The notes beneath the pieces are model-generated. The model had not been told where the DNA came from. It was given only the letters and a program-made list of their open reading frames with translations, and did not search any database. This document shows, in pieces, positions 1 through 12,325 of a DNA stretch of 64,000 nt; position 1 is the stretch's first letter; each line of letters starts with the position of its first letter. Source of the stretch: Eledone cirrhosa. Lineage: Eukaryota. Location of the stretch: NCBI GenBank assembly GCA_964016885.1, contig CAXHJY010001396.1, positions 34,001-98,000 of the forward strand. The letters are read 5' to 3'. Position numbers and translations under genes: made by a program.

Positions 1-1603
1 GCTGAACAATTTCCATTAGGGTGGGGGATGGGTTGTTGGGTGGGGTGGTGGTTTGTGGAAGTGTAGGGGCATCAGTGTGGTGTGTGGTTGGGGAGCTTGG
101 AGTTGTGTGGGTGTTTGGGGAGGGCGTGGGATAGTTTTTTAGGAGGACGCGGTTAATGGGCCCGACGCAGGGGGGACCCACGTCCTCTTTAAAATTGTTT
201 TTTAAAGTTTTATAGGTGTCCTGTGGGGCCTTAATCATTTTGAGGTGGGGGAAATCCCCTGCCTGGGTGAAGTTAGGCCCTTGTGTTTTTATTAGATTGT
301 TGTACACAATGTTTAACAGTTTTTTGTTTCTTGTGTTTATGTATGTGTATGCATGTTTTTGTTTTTGTGTGGTGTTTTTTGTTTGCTGTTGTTGTGAGCT
401 CTTTTGTGTTGGTGTCAGTGTTATGTTTTGGGGAGGGGTTGTTTTCATTTGTGTGTCTGAGGTGTGTTTTCTTTTTTTTCTTTTGATTGTGTGGAAGTGC
501 TCCTCCTCGTCTGACGACGAACTAGGGTCATCTTCCGCGTTGGAGGGGAGGGGTATATTTTCGGGTTGTGTTTGCGGTACGGGTGTTTTGGAAATTGTTT
601 TTGTTTTTTGAGTGGAGGGGATGGGTTGGACATTGTTTTGTTTTGGTTTGAGCTGTGGTGGTTGTTTTTGTAGTTGTAGTTGTGGTGATTGTGTTGGTTG
701 TGCAGTTGTTGGTGGTGTAGGCAGGATTGGGGTTTTCTTATTAAGTTGGGGACAGACAGCCCTCGGGTGACCTCTGGTTCCGCAGAGGTAACACGAGGGC
801 CGTCTACCCTCAACGGTAATGTTGATGAAGGTTAGATCATCCAGTATGACGCGTTCAGGGATCTGGGCGATCCTTTCGGGCCTCATTTGAACTACAAGTT
901 CGAGGCTCGTTCCACTGAACGCGTCACCCGATGCCTTTCCCATGGACACCAGCATGTCATCCTCCAGGTCCAGAAAACCTGTCAAAACCCACCATATGTC
1001 CATAATCGGCAGGATGGTGTGGATTTTTATTTTTTGTGTTCTTCTACCCATGTACGTAGGGTAGAAGGTGTATGCGGTGGATGTGATTGGTTTGATGGAC
1101 AGTTTCACTGCTGTGTCCCTGTCCTTCATGAGAATGGATAGACTCCCGTAGAGTCTATCCTTCTGAATGAAGGTGATGTCCTTCATGACGTCTTTTAAAA
1201 CCAGCTCTATCTCACTCTGTGATGGTTGAGCTGGTTTTTTACTTTTGTTCGAGATTGTCCTAAACATGACCGTGTTTAGGAGTCTCTGGCTTTTTAGTTC
1301 CGGGGGGGGATGGATTGTGAATGAACCATTTTCTCCGTACACTATATATTTTTTCGCATCTGCCAGTAGCTCCTTCGCTTTGGTTATATCTACTGGCAGA
1401 TAGTCGAGGGTTTTACTTGTCGTCTCGGCGAAGGAGAAATTTTGTTTGTTTGTGTTGTTGTTGTCGTTGGTGGTGTTGTTGTTATCATTGTTGTTGTTGT
1501 CACCGTTATTGGTCTTGTTGTTGTTGTTATTGTTATTGGTGTTGTTTTCGTCCGTCGCATTGTTGTTGTTGCTGTTGCTGCTGGTTCTTTGGGTTGTTGC
1601 CAT
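1..1603 (-). CDS. Tx1/L1-clade non-LTR retrotransposon ORF1 (gag-like, CCHC zinc knuckle), open to the window edge
   Basis: Manual translation from ATG at 1603 gives >=534 codons with no stop (MATTQRTSSNSNNNN...ITVEGRRPSCYLCGTRGHPRAVCPQ...PNNPSPTLMEIVQ). It has a CX2CX4HX4C knuckle and is homologous to ORF1 of the element at 32520-33408. It is absent from the ORF track, presumably because no stop lies in the window. Confidence 0.88.
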   Translation of the reverse strand, partial: MATTQRTSSNSNNNNATDENNTNNNNNNNKTNNGDNNNNDNNNTTNDNNNTNKQNFSFAETTSKTLDYLPVDITKAKELLADAKKYIVYGENGSFTIHPPPELKSQRLLNTVMFRTISNKSKKPAQPSQSEIELVLKDVMKDITFIQKDRLYGSLSILMKDRDTAVKLSIKPITSTAYTFYPTYMGRRTQKIKIHTILPIMDIWWVLTGFLDLEDDMLVSMGKASGDAFSGTSLELVVQMRPERIAQIPERVILDDLTFINITVEGRRPSCYLCGTRGHPRAVCPQLNKKTPILPTPPTTAQPTQSPQLQLQKQPPQLKPKQNNVQPIPSTQKTKTISKTPVPQTQPENIPLPSNAEDDPSSSSDEEEHFHTIKRKKRKHTSDTQMKTTPPQNITLTPTQKSSQQQQTKNTTQKQKHAYTYINTRNKKLLNIVYNNLIKTQGPNFTQAGDFPHLKMIKAPQDTYKTLKNNFKEDVGPPCVGPINRVLLKNYPTPSPNTHTTPSSPTTHHTDAPTLPQTTTPPNNPSPTLMEIVQ

Positions 1604-2090
1604 GGCAACGTCAAGTTGTCGGTTAACAGGTGGAGAGAATTCTTCCTCTGGCTGACCTTTCTTCTTGACCTCTGCTACTGTGACAGTGGCAGGGGGAAAC
1701 TGTAAGTTTACCTTCCCCTTTCCTCCTTCGAATTTTGGTGAAGAAGCTTCGGCCATTTAAAAAAATATTGACTTTTCAACAAGAAAAATCTTTTTTTTTT
1801 TGTTTAACTATTTCGCCTAAAGGCGTAGAATATTTTGAGAGACTGACCAGATCAAAGTTTGACCTGGCAGTCCCTCTACAAAATGGTCCAAAAATTAAAG
1901 TTATCAGACAAGAATTTCTATAGAAATTTAAACAGAACTTACTCAGCAAGTTATACGCGTGTGTCCATCCCAGAGATACATAGATTAGATAGATAGATAG
2001 ATAGACGTGAACCAAACACACACACATTTCTTACTCTCTCTGTCCCTCCCTCTTTCTCTCTTCATTTATATATATATATATGGGGGGTGC

Positions 2091-2153
<63 letters not shown>

Positions 2154-2305
2154 TGCGTGTGTGTGTGTGTGTGTGTGGAGCGTTGTTATTTGGCGTTGTT
2201 GAAAAGAGCTGTGGCCTTTGACCTGGCAATAAAAAACTGTAGACAAAATTCTTTCTGTACCCAAACCAAGGCACACACCCTCACAAGTTTGTGTGTGTGT
2301 GTATG

Positions 2306-2355
<50 letters not shown>

Positions 2356-3383
2356 TATCTATATTTATATATAAGGGATAAAAATATTGCTTTCTCAGTC
2401 ACCAAGCTTCTCAATTGATTCCTTACTACTTATTTTGCTACCAGGTATATTATTTTGCAAGGTACTATTTTTCCCATAAGTTTGTGATTTCAGAGAAAGG
2501 TAAGAAATTCTTCATATTTTGCATCTTTTGTATTTTGACTTTGCAGTTTCAATTGTCTATCCACTCAAAATATTACAACAGCTAACAGTGAAATATAGAA
2601 TTTAAAAAAAAAAAGCTTTTTCGACTGAGATCAAATGTTTTTTTTAATTTCAAAAATATATCATTTGAAATAGCTTGCTTTTTTTTTGGACTTAAACTCT
2701 TTTGTATTTAATTCGTACGAGTATTTTTTAAACAATCTAAGATAACTTGATTTGGCCCAGTAATCTACTGATATCAAAATCAGTAGTATATTGAAAAATG
2801 GAAAAATAGGGTAGGGGGGGGGGGGCGTTTCGTAATTTCGAGGGGCAAAAGGGGGCGTTTGGCCAAAATGGGTTGAGAACCTTTGCTGTAAAGCATTCTA
2901 TTTGACGTTCTAACCACTGCCAATTCGCCATCTGGTCCATCATATAATATCTATCAAATTTTTTACGTCAGAAAGAGGGAGATTCAATTCTAGACAAAGA
3001 ATTACCACTCGTTGTTTATATACACCTTTCTAGTGAGTAGCGGGAGAGGGGCAACACCCAAGACCTTTTCAGGCCTTCACATATTGGTGAGATGAATGTA
3101 ATTTATGTTCATATTGGAGTTCTGTAGATTAACGTCTATTTGAAAACGAGGATAAGAATATTCAGTGGAGTGTGAAGTAAAAAGGATTGGTAAAAGTAGT
3201 TTTAAATGTTTGGAGAAGTGAAACTCAGAAGAGGGTGACAAAAGGGGGGATGATGGGACCTAGAATAGATTAGGAAGGAAAAAATATGCAACTGCCTTCT
3301 GAAGATGATGGGGAGTTATTATAGCTAGCCGTAAAAATACAGAGATTAGAAACATTTTGTCCGTAAAATATTGATTTCTTGAA

Positions 3384-3602
3384 GGCGTATGGCCTAGTGG
3401 TAAGTGTGTTCTTGACCAAAACACTTTGTTTCACATTGCTCAGCATACTCATCGAAATGAGTATCAGCAATACCTGAGGATTTAACACTGCGATGGACTG
3501 GCGCCCTTTCCAGGGAGGAGTCTTGTACTCTTGGTCACTTCACGCCACGGAAATCGGGATAAGCACCGGCTTGATGAACCTCCATCTCCGAGACAGACTT
3601 TT
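3384..3602 (+). mobile_element. tRNA-derived SINE (V-SINE-like central domain)
   Basis: A-box-like TGGCCTAGTGG at the start, CTGCGATGGACTGGCGCCCTTTCCAGGG core, and tail CTTCACGCCACGGAAATCGGGATAAGCACCGGC; the same tail occurs inverted at ~36262-36310. Confidence 0.6.
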
Positions 3603-4591
3603 AGACTAGTGATTATTGTGAGAGAAATTTAGTGAAACAGACAAATAACCTTGTTTTAGGATGACTGTGCCTAGCGACAGTACCGCACCAATAGTGCGAG
3701 GAGTACTCTATTGTAGGTCATATATGTGCTTTGTATTTTATGTCTCCATATTTTATATTTAGCTTCTGGGATGCAGTGTTACAAATGTACGATCTTCATG
3801 AAAACTCATCAGATATTATGAGGTCCAGTATTTTTAGAGTGTTTAACCTTTTTAGTGCTGTAGGCGAGATAACTCGTCCTAACATTTTTTAACTCTTTTC
3901 CAACAGTTCATAACTTCAAAGTTATGAAGTCGTTTCCAAAAGTTCATAACTTCAAAGCTAAATGGGGTTACTAGTTTATTGATGTGACGTTTGTCAATCA
4001 TTCAGATATGTGTTGTTAATAAATGTTTGCTTTAAAAAATAGTCATTTTACTGGAAAATATACGCGGTAGTCAACAGGTTAAAGGATTTGGTTTTATGTT
4101 GTTTGTAAGTAGAGAGAGTATTTAAAGATTCTATGTATAGTAATAATGTTTTAATGCTGTTAAAGGAAATTAGTTTATCATACCCTCGTTGGAGAGTGTT
4201 TTGTTTTTTCTTAAGTCAGCAATGAGGTGTCTATGTTGCGTATGTCCGGGAGGTTTAGGAGAACTAAAGAGTGATGTAATCTTCAGAGATGTGTGTGTGT
4301 TGTGACAGTAGAATCATTACGGTATAAAAGAAAGTGTGTAAGAGACATAACCGAAACCAGAAGTAGATCGTCATTGATCGCCATTGGAGTAGAATGGAGT
4401 ACCGGTGACACACGTTGCGGTGAAGCAGGTCTAAAATTTGAAAGATCAATACAGCCCAATATGATCAGCTTAACCTGTTATAGTTGAAGATGTTATTGTT
4501 GGTTTTGTTAAGATCGTCATAGTTTAATCCTTGGTCAGCTCTGGCTGAGCAGACCTGTGATCAAAAGTATTGCAGCCATGACGATGTTCTC

Positions 4592-4635
<44 letters not shown>

Positions 4636-5016
4636 ATTGCGTATCTAAGCTAATATTATCGAATGTTTTACCACATTTTCAAGACGGTAGGGCGTCGTTT
4701 GAGCAAGCTTAGGCGGCTATTTCTAACAAGAAGAGTCACCATGTTGAGGTGCGCACGTTGCTTTGTTGAAGAATTTGCTAATGTCAAGGGTAATTCCATT
4801 GCTTTCATCGAAGTTCTCATGGTCAAGAAACCACTGGTGTGTGACGTAGGAAAGTAGTCCTTTAATAATTCTGGCTCTATGAATATTGTGTGTGTGTATG
4901 TGTGTGTACGTTTTTGTTTCCGTGTGCACATGTGCATGTGCGTGACTGCATTTGTTCAGATGGTACAAGAAACAACGAGAAAAACAATAGGTGTAAGGAT
5001 AGAGAGAAGAGTTTAC

Positions 5017-5183
5017 CCCATTCATTTTTGATATGATATAATCGATTTTCTTCTGTTTGGTGTCAGCTCCTTTCGCCTCTAACAATTTGGTCATGTCTGC
5101 GTCACTGTATATCACCATCTCAATAGTTACCACACGGCTGTTATCCGCATAAAATTCACCCTCATAAGATACAGCCTCATGGT
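5017..5183 (-). CDS. Exon of reprolysin/ADAM(TS)-like M12B metalloprotease: start of catalytic domain
   Basis: ttacAG acceptor and GTAAAC donor. Translates (D)HEAVSYEGEFYADNSRVVTIEMVIYSDADMTKLLEAKGADTKQKKIDYIISKMNG, matching the M12B 'xE..+v.D..M......Y+...MN.V' pattern. Phase is consistent with the exon at 7176-7290. Confidence 0.8.
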
Positions 5184-5257
5184 CTGTAATATAAAAAGTG
5201 TAATAATAAGAGAGAGGGCTGGAGAAAGAATAGGAGAAAAAAGAGAGCGAAAGAGAC

Positions 5258-5484
5258 TTAACCTTTTAGCATTTACATTACTTTATATTTACTACTATAT
5301 TTTCATGGCAAAGCTTTACCTCACATAATTATCTCACATAATATGGAATCAATGAGATTTTGATATTATTTATTTTGAGAACAATACCTTAACATCAGTA
5401 TAAGTGGTCGGTTATACTCGGTTTAAACAAAAAGAGGTGAAAGAATTTTGCCGAATACGACCGGTTTAAATGCTAAAGTGTTAA
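5258..5484. mobile_element. piggyBac-like MITE
   Basis: TTAA|CCTTTTAGCATTTA ... TAAATGCTAAAGTG|TTAA: imperfect TIRs flanked by TTAA. Confidence 0.55.
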
Positions 5485-5590
5485 GGAAACCAAAGGACAC
5501 TGATTAGTGGGATTTTACTGAAGATTCAAGATTCGTGTTTCAATTCAAGGAACGATACACAAAGGAGGATTTCATCGCAATACTGTGAGT

Positions 5591-6110
5591 CAGACGTTCT
5601 CAAAGTGGGCGCTACCGCCCCCTGCGAGCATTGAGAAGGTCCAGGGAGAGCTTAAGGGGGCTGGGGATCAGTAGAGATGATATAATAGTATATTAATATC
5701 AAATGATACATTATATATATAAACGATATATATATAAATATAGTAAAATAAGAAATATATATTTATCTATACATAGTATCTATTATTTTATTTATTATAC
5801 ATTATTTACGGCGGTGGTTTGGCAGTATAGGTAGAACCTCAGACACCATGCTTTTCAGCACAGAGTTAGAGCCCTTTACGTTCTGTGTTCAAATCTCGCC
5901 GAGGTTAACTTTGCCTTTCATCCTTATGGGGTCGATAAAATAAAGCACCAGTAATGCACTGGGTAATTGCTGGTCTTGTGCCAAAAGTAGAAACGTTATA
6001 TATTATTTACAATTTGCATGTAAGCAGGTCTCTCTGGAAATAGGGGTGGCGTGCTGAGGGTATTACGTGGCCGTGAGGTGGGCGGTGGTCAAAAACATTT
6101 GAGAAGCTCT
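5591..6110. mobile_element. hAT(Charlie)-like MITE with a nested SINE
   Basis: Ends CAGACGTTCTCAAAGT ... CATTTGAGAAGCTCTG resemble CAGxGGTTCTCAAA hAT TIRs; a SINE is inserted at 5811-5992. Confidence 0.45.
5811..5992 (+). mobile_element. tRNA-derived SINE with Meta-domain-like core (octopus-type SINE)
   Basis: GGCGGTGGTTTGGCAG...GTTCAAATCTCGCCGAGGTTAACTTTGCCTTTCATCCTTATGGGGTCGATAAAATAAAGCACCAGT; at least 6 more copies occur in the window. Confidence 0.8.
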
Positions 6111-6121
6111 GCTATAAGGTG

Positions 6122-6430
6122 AAGGTGCGTGGCTTTGTGGTTAGGATATTCGGCTCACAATCATAAGTTCATGAGTTTGATTCCCGGCGATATAAAGACA
6201 CTTTATTTCACGTAACTCCAGTCCATTCAGCTGGCAAAAATGAGTTGTAGCTGTAATTCGAAGGGTCAGCCTTGTCACATTCTGTGTCAAGCTGAATTTC
6301 TCTGAGAACTACGTTGAGGATACGCGTGTCTGTGGAATGCTCAGCCACTTACACGTTAATTTCACGAGCAAGCTGTTCCGTTGATCGTATCAACTTGAAC
6401 ACTCGCCGTCGTAAGCGACGGAATGCCAGT
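6122..6430 (+). mobile_element. Second tRNA-derived SINE family
   Basis: A-box GTGGCTTTGTGG, B-box-like GAGTTTGATTCCC, ~300-bp body ending in the hairpin CCGTCGTAAGCGACGG. Confidence 0.65.
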
Positions 6431-7175
6431 CGCTCTAAGGTACCGTATTTGCTGACCTATTGAGAAAAATTAATTTTAGTACATTTCTTCATAAATTCAT
6501 TTTAAATTAATTCATTGTGTTTTTTTTTTTTTGGGGGGGGGGGGGGGGTCAGAAACTCATGTAAATTCGACATCATTTTGCTTATATAAATTGTATTACT
6601 GTATTAGTAATACTAATAGTAATACAAACTAATTTGTTTTACCATGATTGTCCTCACTCTCCGTTCGGCCTCCCATCGATGATATGGGCGTATTAGACGC
6701 AGGGAAATTCTTTTTTTAATGTGTTTTTTTTCGGGGGGGGGGGCGTCAAATAGGCAGGCAAATATGGTAATACCTCCAATTGTTGTTGATGTTTATCTCG
6801 AGGTCAACCTTGATCGAGTAGATCAAACGCATTCTAATCGTGACCATCCAGTCAGCACATCGAAATATCGGGTTATTTTTAATCGGCAACTTTACAGGAG
6901 AGTACCCCACTAAAGACTCCCAATGACCAGATGGTGGTGTTAAATTGGGTGACGGATTAAGTATTCCACCCAAATTCAGTTATTTTCCGGGCTTCTGCAT
7001 AGTTTCCGACCACCTAATTTCACTTACTGCGTTTGTATCGACCCGAAGCTATAAAGCTGCAACACAACGCAGCGAGATCGAACCCAGAGCCTCGTTACTG
7101 TGAAGCTTAATTCTTCATAACACAGCACTAGGAACTGTTGTTATTTTTTGCTGCTACTGTTGCTGTTATAATTAC

Positions 7176-7290
7176 CTGCATCCACTAACGTTTTCTTCTC
7201 TTGGTTCCGACTTTCACCAACAAGATGTTTTGTTCCATCATCCACTGGTTCCAAGCTGTATTCGATATCGTCCAGGACCAGAGACCCTCT
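7176..7290 (-). CDS. Exon of M12B metalloprotease: end of prodomain
   Basis: ctttAG acceptor, GTAAT donor, 115 nt. RGSLVLDDIEYSLEPVDDGTKHLVGESRNQEKKTLVDA matches the ADAM prodomain 'G.+.....Y.+EP....H' motif; the terminal G + AC of the next exon gives Asp in frame. Confidence 0.85.
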
Positions 7291-8451
7291 CTAAAGCGAG
7301 AATTATTTTTTAATTATATCGAGCATATAAACAGGAATATTCAAACAACCTTTTCTTAATCTAGGGGTCTGAAACTCAAGGACTCAAAAGGGCCATTACG
7401 TCCTGGGGATGAGGCAGAGCGAGCCAAAAATGAGATGGGGGCATGATGTCCACCAGTTATAATGCTAATCTGCAATAGAGCTGATAAGCTGCTAATTCTA
7501 TTTTTTTTTTTTTTTGTCTCATCAAAAGTCGGAAATGGGAATTAGTACAAAATATTGGGGGACAAATTTTGATTTTACTTTGTGAAACTTCTCTTTTCTC
7601 CGTTTCACTTTTGATAAACTTCGTTTTTGGTTTGTTTTTTATTTGTTTTTTTTTAATATTTCATGGGTAAATTGCAAGAGTAGGGAAGGGGGCGAGGGAG
7701 AAATTACCAAGTTTTAGGAAAGTATTAGTCATGAAAATTGTTCTGCCACGGGCTATAGAAAAGTAGTTTTCTGGCTGCATGTTTGAGACGCGTCTCTTAA
7801 TGAGATATACATTCACAGTAGCATGCACACAAGTAATGTAAATGGACACTTCGTTGGTTTCGATGGTGAGTATTCTAGTCTTACCATTGAAGTATTATGT
7901 AATTGAATGCGTATTGAACAGACACCTGCAACCTTAATCTATATAATCGTCAGATACAATCAGCGTGACATGATAAATGCCAAGCATGGACCTTAAGATC
8001 ACAGACTCAATCCATCTCACAGATTTCCTCGCTGTTTCTCACTAGCCATATTCACTCACGAGACTATGATAGAAGATACTTGCCAAACGTACCACGCAGA
8101 AATTGAATCCGGTAAGAAATCTCCTAAGTTCTCAATAAACCACTTGGACACGCAGAGAGAGACAGGCCGACAAACACAGAGGTGGGGAGATTGTTATAAC
8201 TCACACACTCACAAATTGCCAACCCCGTGAGATTTATTCTATCCTCTGTTTGTTGGTTTATTCCAATATAGAAAGTTTATCTAGGTTAATAAAATATATC
8301 AAGTTGAGTTGTCCATTAAAAGCTCGTTTTATCCTTTCTCTACGTGATAGTGGATACAACAAACACATTCACACATTTAGTCATTCCTACACCTTTTTAA
8401 ACCACATATTTATATTCTTCCCTTTACCGCAATGTATTCCATCTCTCTCTA

Positions 8452-8509
<58 letters not shown>

Positions 8510-8511
<2 letters not shown>

Positions 8512-9041
8512 TTTTGAGTTTATGTTGGTTGTATACCAACACCTCAGTATGCAGGCTGGAGCACTCGACGAAGTGCGCAGGTTGGTTTGGTTACTCCGGA
8601 GTAGTGTAAAATAAAGTTAAATAAAAGTCAAATGATTAAAATTTAGCTTCGTTTATTACTGCTATATATATTTCAGTGACAGCCATCTTTGGCTGTGACC
8701 TCTTCAGGCAGTTTGAATTAGTATGGTATAGACAAGTACATATGTTGTTTAGGTGTATGATATTGTCAATACTCTGATATGCCCAGTTCCTTGTTGGGTT
8801 GTTAATTCACTGGGGAACTGGAGTCATATGACTCCAGTTCCCCAGTGAATTAACAACCCAACAAGGAACTGGGCATATCAGAGTATTGACAATATCATAC
8901 ACCTAAACAACATATGTACTTGTCTATACCATACTAATTCAAACTGCCTGAAGAGGTCACAGCCAAAGATGGCTGTCACTGAAATATATATAGCAGTAAT
9001 AAACGAAGCTAAATTTTAATCATTTGACTTTTATTTAACTT

Positions 9042-9048
<7 letters not shown>
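8510..9048. mobile_element. PLE pseudo-LTR module forming a perfect 442-bp palindrome (8607-9048), flanked by (TA)n
   Basis: Centre GAGTCAT|ATGACTC at 8827/8828; one hammerhead per arm; the same family occurs at 31771-32080. Confidence 0.8.
8943..8997 (+). ncRNA. Type I hammerhead ribozyme (mirror copy on - strand at 8658-8712)
   Basis: ACTGC-CTGAAGA-GGTCACAGCCA AAGA TGGCTGTCACT-GAAA-TATATATA-GCAGT: stem I, core, stem II, minimal palindromic stem III; AATAAA follows immediately. Confidence 0.75.
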
Positions 9049-9076
<28 letters not shown>

Positions 9077-9079
<3 letters not shown>

Positions 9080-9250
9080 TTGTCCCTCGGTATTCGCGGG
9101 TGTTACGTTCCTAGAGCATCCACGAAGAGAGAAAAACCGCGAATATTTGACGTGGTCCATAAAAATTCCTATAAACGTCAAAACATAACGTAAAATATAA
9201 GCCGGCAAATAGGAGTAGTAATTATTTATTTACAATGGTTTATAACTTTG
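9077..9250. mobile_element. Tigger/pogo-like DNA transposon end
   Basis: TA|CAGTTGTCCCTCGGTATTCGCGG terminus with internal inverted CCGCGAATA, typical of Tc1/mariner-pogo TIRs; the other end is not seen. Confidence 0.5.
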
Positions 9251-9254
9251 CCTA

Positions 9255-12200
9255 TTAATCCGTATGGTGAGCAAATGGGGTCCCACGTGCTGGCCTCCCC
9301 CACAGCCCCGGGGGACAGGATGGAGAAGGCGTTTCCCCGGAGGGTGGTAAGGGAATGCACTGGAACAGCCATTCCAGCTCGCGAGACTCATACCTGCGGC
9401 TGGCCAGCTCAGCGCCTATGGAGGTGAATAGGGAGGTAGCCCTAGGGCCAAGGACACCAGAAATTTCCACTGCCAAGGGCATGATCGAGAACCTGTCGGA
9501 GAGTGGCCGGTACTCAGAGAGTTTGGCCTCCTCAGCCCGACATGCAGCAGTACCTGGGTTAGTCGCAGACTGCACCAGGTTGCGGGTGGAGAAAGTGTCG
9601 CTGCAAGTGACATCCCAGACGAGGGGTTTGCCACTGCGGAACGGGAAGATGGTCATACCGTCTGGCCTTTTGCCAACCCCTCGGTCCGGCCCCACCGGCT
9701 CGAGCTGGAAGGGGAAACCTGCAGCGTTCAAACCATGCTTAATGACCTCGTTGAGGGCAGCGTGGCGTGGAAGGCGGCCGGCACTGTGGCGACAGGAAAG
9801 CGAGTGGAGTCTGAAAGAGTCCACGGTGGATCCACAGCGACATTTATGTGGTTCGCAGATCTGGAGTCCAAGCCTCAAGGAAACGCCGATGCGCAGGCTA
9901 TCGTTATCCAGCTGCGTGCCAGTGGAGAAGGATGGCAAAGCATGGAGCCAAGCACCACTGTAGAGTTTGGAGGCCGCACGAAAACAGGCAAGGCGGTGCT
10001 GGTCGAGCTGGTGCGTGAGCCTGTCTGAGGCCAGGCTGCACTGGATGGCATCCCATACGCTTTGGGAGGACTTGACGTCAGCAGGGGGAGAAGGAAGAGG
10101 GACGTCTACCGGGCTAAGTCACAGCCGGTCCCACGTCTTACAGGCGACCTCACGTTCCCTGAACACAGAGGGTTCTATTGTGTTTTGGAGAACCCTGCTG
10201 ACGAGGACGCGGCATGAGGTTACCTATGAAAGAAACGCCGGCAAAGCCAGCGAGACCGGAGGCCAAGACCACCAAATCTGACAGGTAAAGTGGCCTGTTA
10301 CCATCCAATGTCGTCAAACCGGACGTTGCATATCTCCTCAGGTGCCGCTCGGATACAAGTATCGAGGTCAGCGAGGAGGGATGCGTGGATGTAGCACGGA
10401 GCGCTGCGAAGGGTGTAGAGGAGCTTCGGCATGGCGAAGCAGTTCCTCAACACGAAGAGAGCTGGGTGGCCATCGATCAAGCCCAGTCGGCTCGTGAGGG
10501 TCTCGAATTGTTAGAGCCTAGACCTGATAGTGGAGCGGATGGCCGGCGAGTGGATCGGTGACCTGAGGATGAGGACATCCTCTTTGGAGGTCACCTGTAC
10601 CTGATGGAGAATGGACCGCACGTCCAAGACGGAAGCTGCAAAGCTCTGAGCATCATAGCTGACAATCACCACCTCCGACTTGGACGAGTTGACCTGGAGG
10701 CCGATTCCCGCCGGGGCAGGAACTACCGATTGAAGGTCATGGCAGACAGTCTCCACGGGCCCGCCCAGCGTAGCATCGTCCAGGTACCAAACGTTGAGAG
10801 GGGCCGTGATACTCCGGACAATGTGGTCTATACCAAGGGCAAACAGGAGGGAGCCCAGAGGGTCGCCCTGTTGGACCCCAGTGGCCGAAGGTATGACCGT
10901 GTCAGCAGCAAGGAGCATGTTCGGGACTCCATATGACAAGTAGGCCAGCAGGTAGGTGGAGGGGGCAGGCATTGAACAGATGATCCCGGCGTATGCAGTT
11001 AAAGAATTCCTCATATCAAGCTTGACAATGAGGTGGCTGGAGTCCTTGGATGCCGGTTCCGGTGGGCAGTTATTGAAGAACTGCCTGGTTGCATGTGCGG
11101 CCCCCTCACAACCACCGGACACGTCGACACCCAGTTGCACCGGACTGAACTCCTCACCCAGTTCAGGTGTTATGGACTAACCACCTTAGCAGCCAGCCTC
11201 CGGAAGACATTGCCCACAGCGATGGGGCGTATGCCACCCTCTTTCTTCATGAGAGCGGTCAGGCTAGCCGAAAAAAAGAGGCTCGGGCGTGAGGATCCAG
11301 GGCGCCATGGATAAGCCTATTGGTAAGTGCCACAATAGCACTCAGAAGGCGGCGCCTGACCTCAGCGGAGAGGGGGATAGCAACTCCTTAAGGTGGCCTG
11401 GTCGAAGACCATCAGCACCTCCGCTGCTGCTAGCTGGGAAGGACTTGATGGCAGACATGATGTCTGCGTCGTAAGCCACAAGGAGCATGTGGGGATTGGG
11501 TGGGGGTATGGGTAGGATGTCAGCGGGGGCTCAGGGTGCTTGAGTCGCAGGGCAGCCAGGACCTCCTCGGTGGGCTGGAGGACAGTATCCTCTGAGGCAA
11601 CCACTCTGACTGCGGCCTTGACATCACCCATGATAAGCTTAGCGCTGGCCTCAGGGGTGGAGGATTGGAGGCACCCAAGAGCAGGGGTTGTGGCGTCCTT
11701 CGGCACGCTTGGAGTGGGCGCTTGCCCAAAGGACGAAACATTGGCCTTGACAAAGGCTGCTGTCGACCGACCGCCTCAGTCAGCGCTAGAGCTGGGGAGG
11801 CCGAGGGCGAGTGGGGCGAAATAGAAGAGGCGTTCCCAGTCGCTGGCTCGATTGGAGTCCAGAGCACTCTCGATGGAGGAAGCGAGGGCATTGGCTACCG
11901 GCACCCGGGCTGCTCTCGGGATCCTGAGCGGAATCTTCCGGAGCCGCCTGAGCCGAGCGATGTTGAACAGCGAGGCTTGGGCATCAGGCAAGCTCGCTGT
12001 TTCATCTGGTGGAGTGCCAGACGGCCGTGGCTGGGCAGACGAGGGGAAGAGACAGTTTCTGCATCTCCACGCTGCGAGGGCACTGGAAGCTCGACGCATC
12101 AAGCCAACACAGGTAAGCTGGTGGAAGCAACCGCACCCCGAACAGTTACGGCCCCTCTTCCGTCTGTTCGTGGTACTGAAAGTGCTGCAGATGTCGACTG

Positions 12201-12325
12201 GTGGGGATGGAGGATGGGGCGTGGAGCAGGGAACTGGGGCACCAAGCGACATTAGGGGTGAGTGGCTGGTTGTCACCAGCCTAGGTGCTAGGCACAATTG
12301 CACGTGGGCGGAAGGGAAAGTGTTG
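9255..12325 (-). mobile_element. CRE-clade non-LTR retrotransposon (PHD-like finger, RT, zinc finger, restriction-like endonuclease), frameshifted
   Basis: IRPIAVG, QLGVDVSGGCEGAAHA, QQGDPLGSLLF and WYLDD (RT); CRCG..HSLSC..RH and KRPDG..LVWDVTC (CCHC + PD-(D/E)xK RLE); N-terminal CSGC..H..C..WRCRNC. Probable ATG at 12252; multiple frameshifts and stops. Confidence 0.85.

Noticed and set aside
3790-3825. CTGATGA hairpin on the minus strand as a hammerhead (also CTGAAGA near 4285, CTGACGA at 29236, CTTGAAGA at 60402)
   Set aside because: GAAA partner or flanking stems are missing; not counted.
7790-7850. Missing end of the prodomain exon
   Set aside because: No 'S.C.GL' motif with a credible donor was found here or elsewhere between 7290 and 9250.
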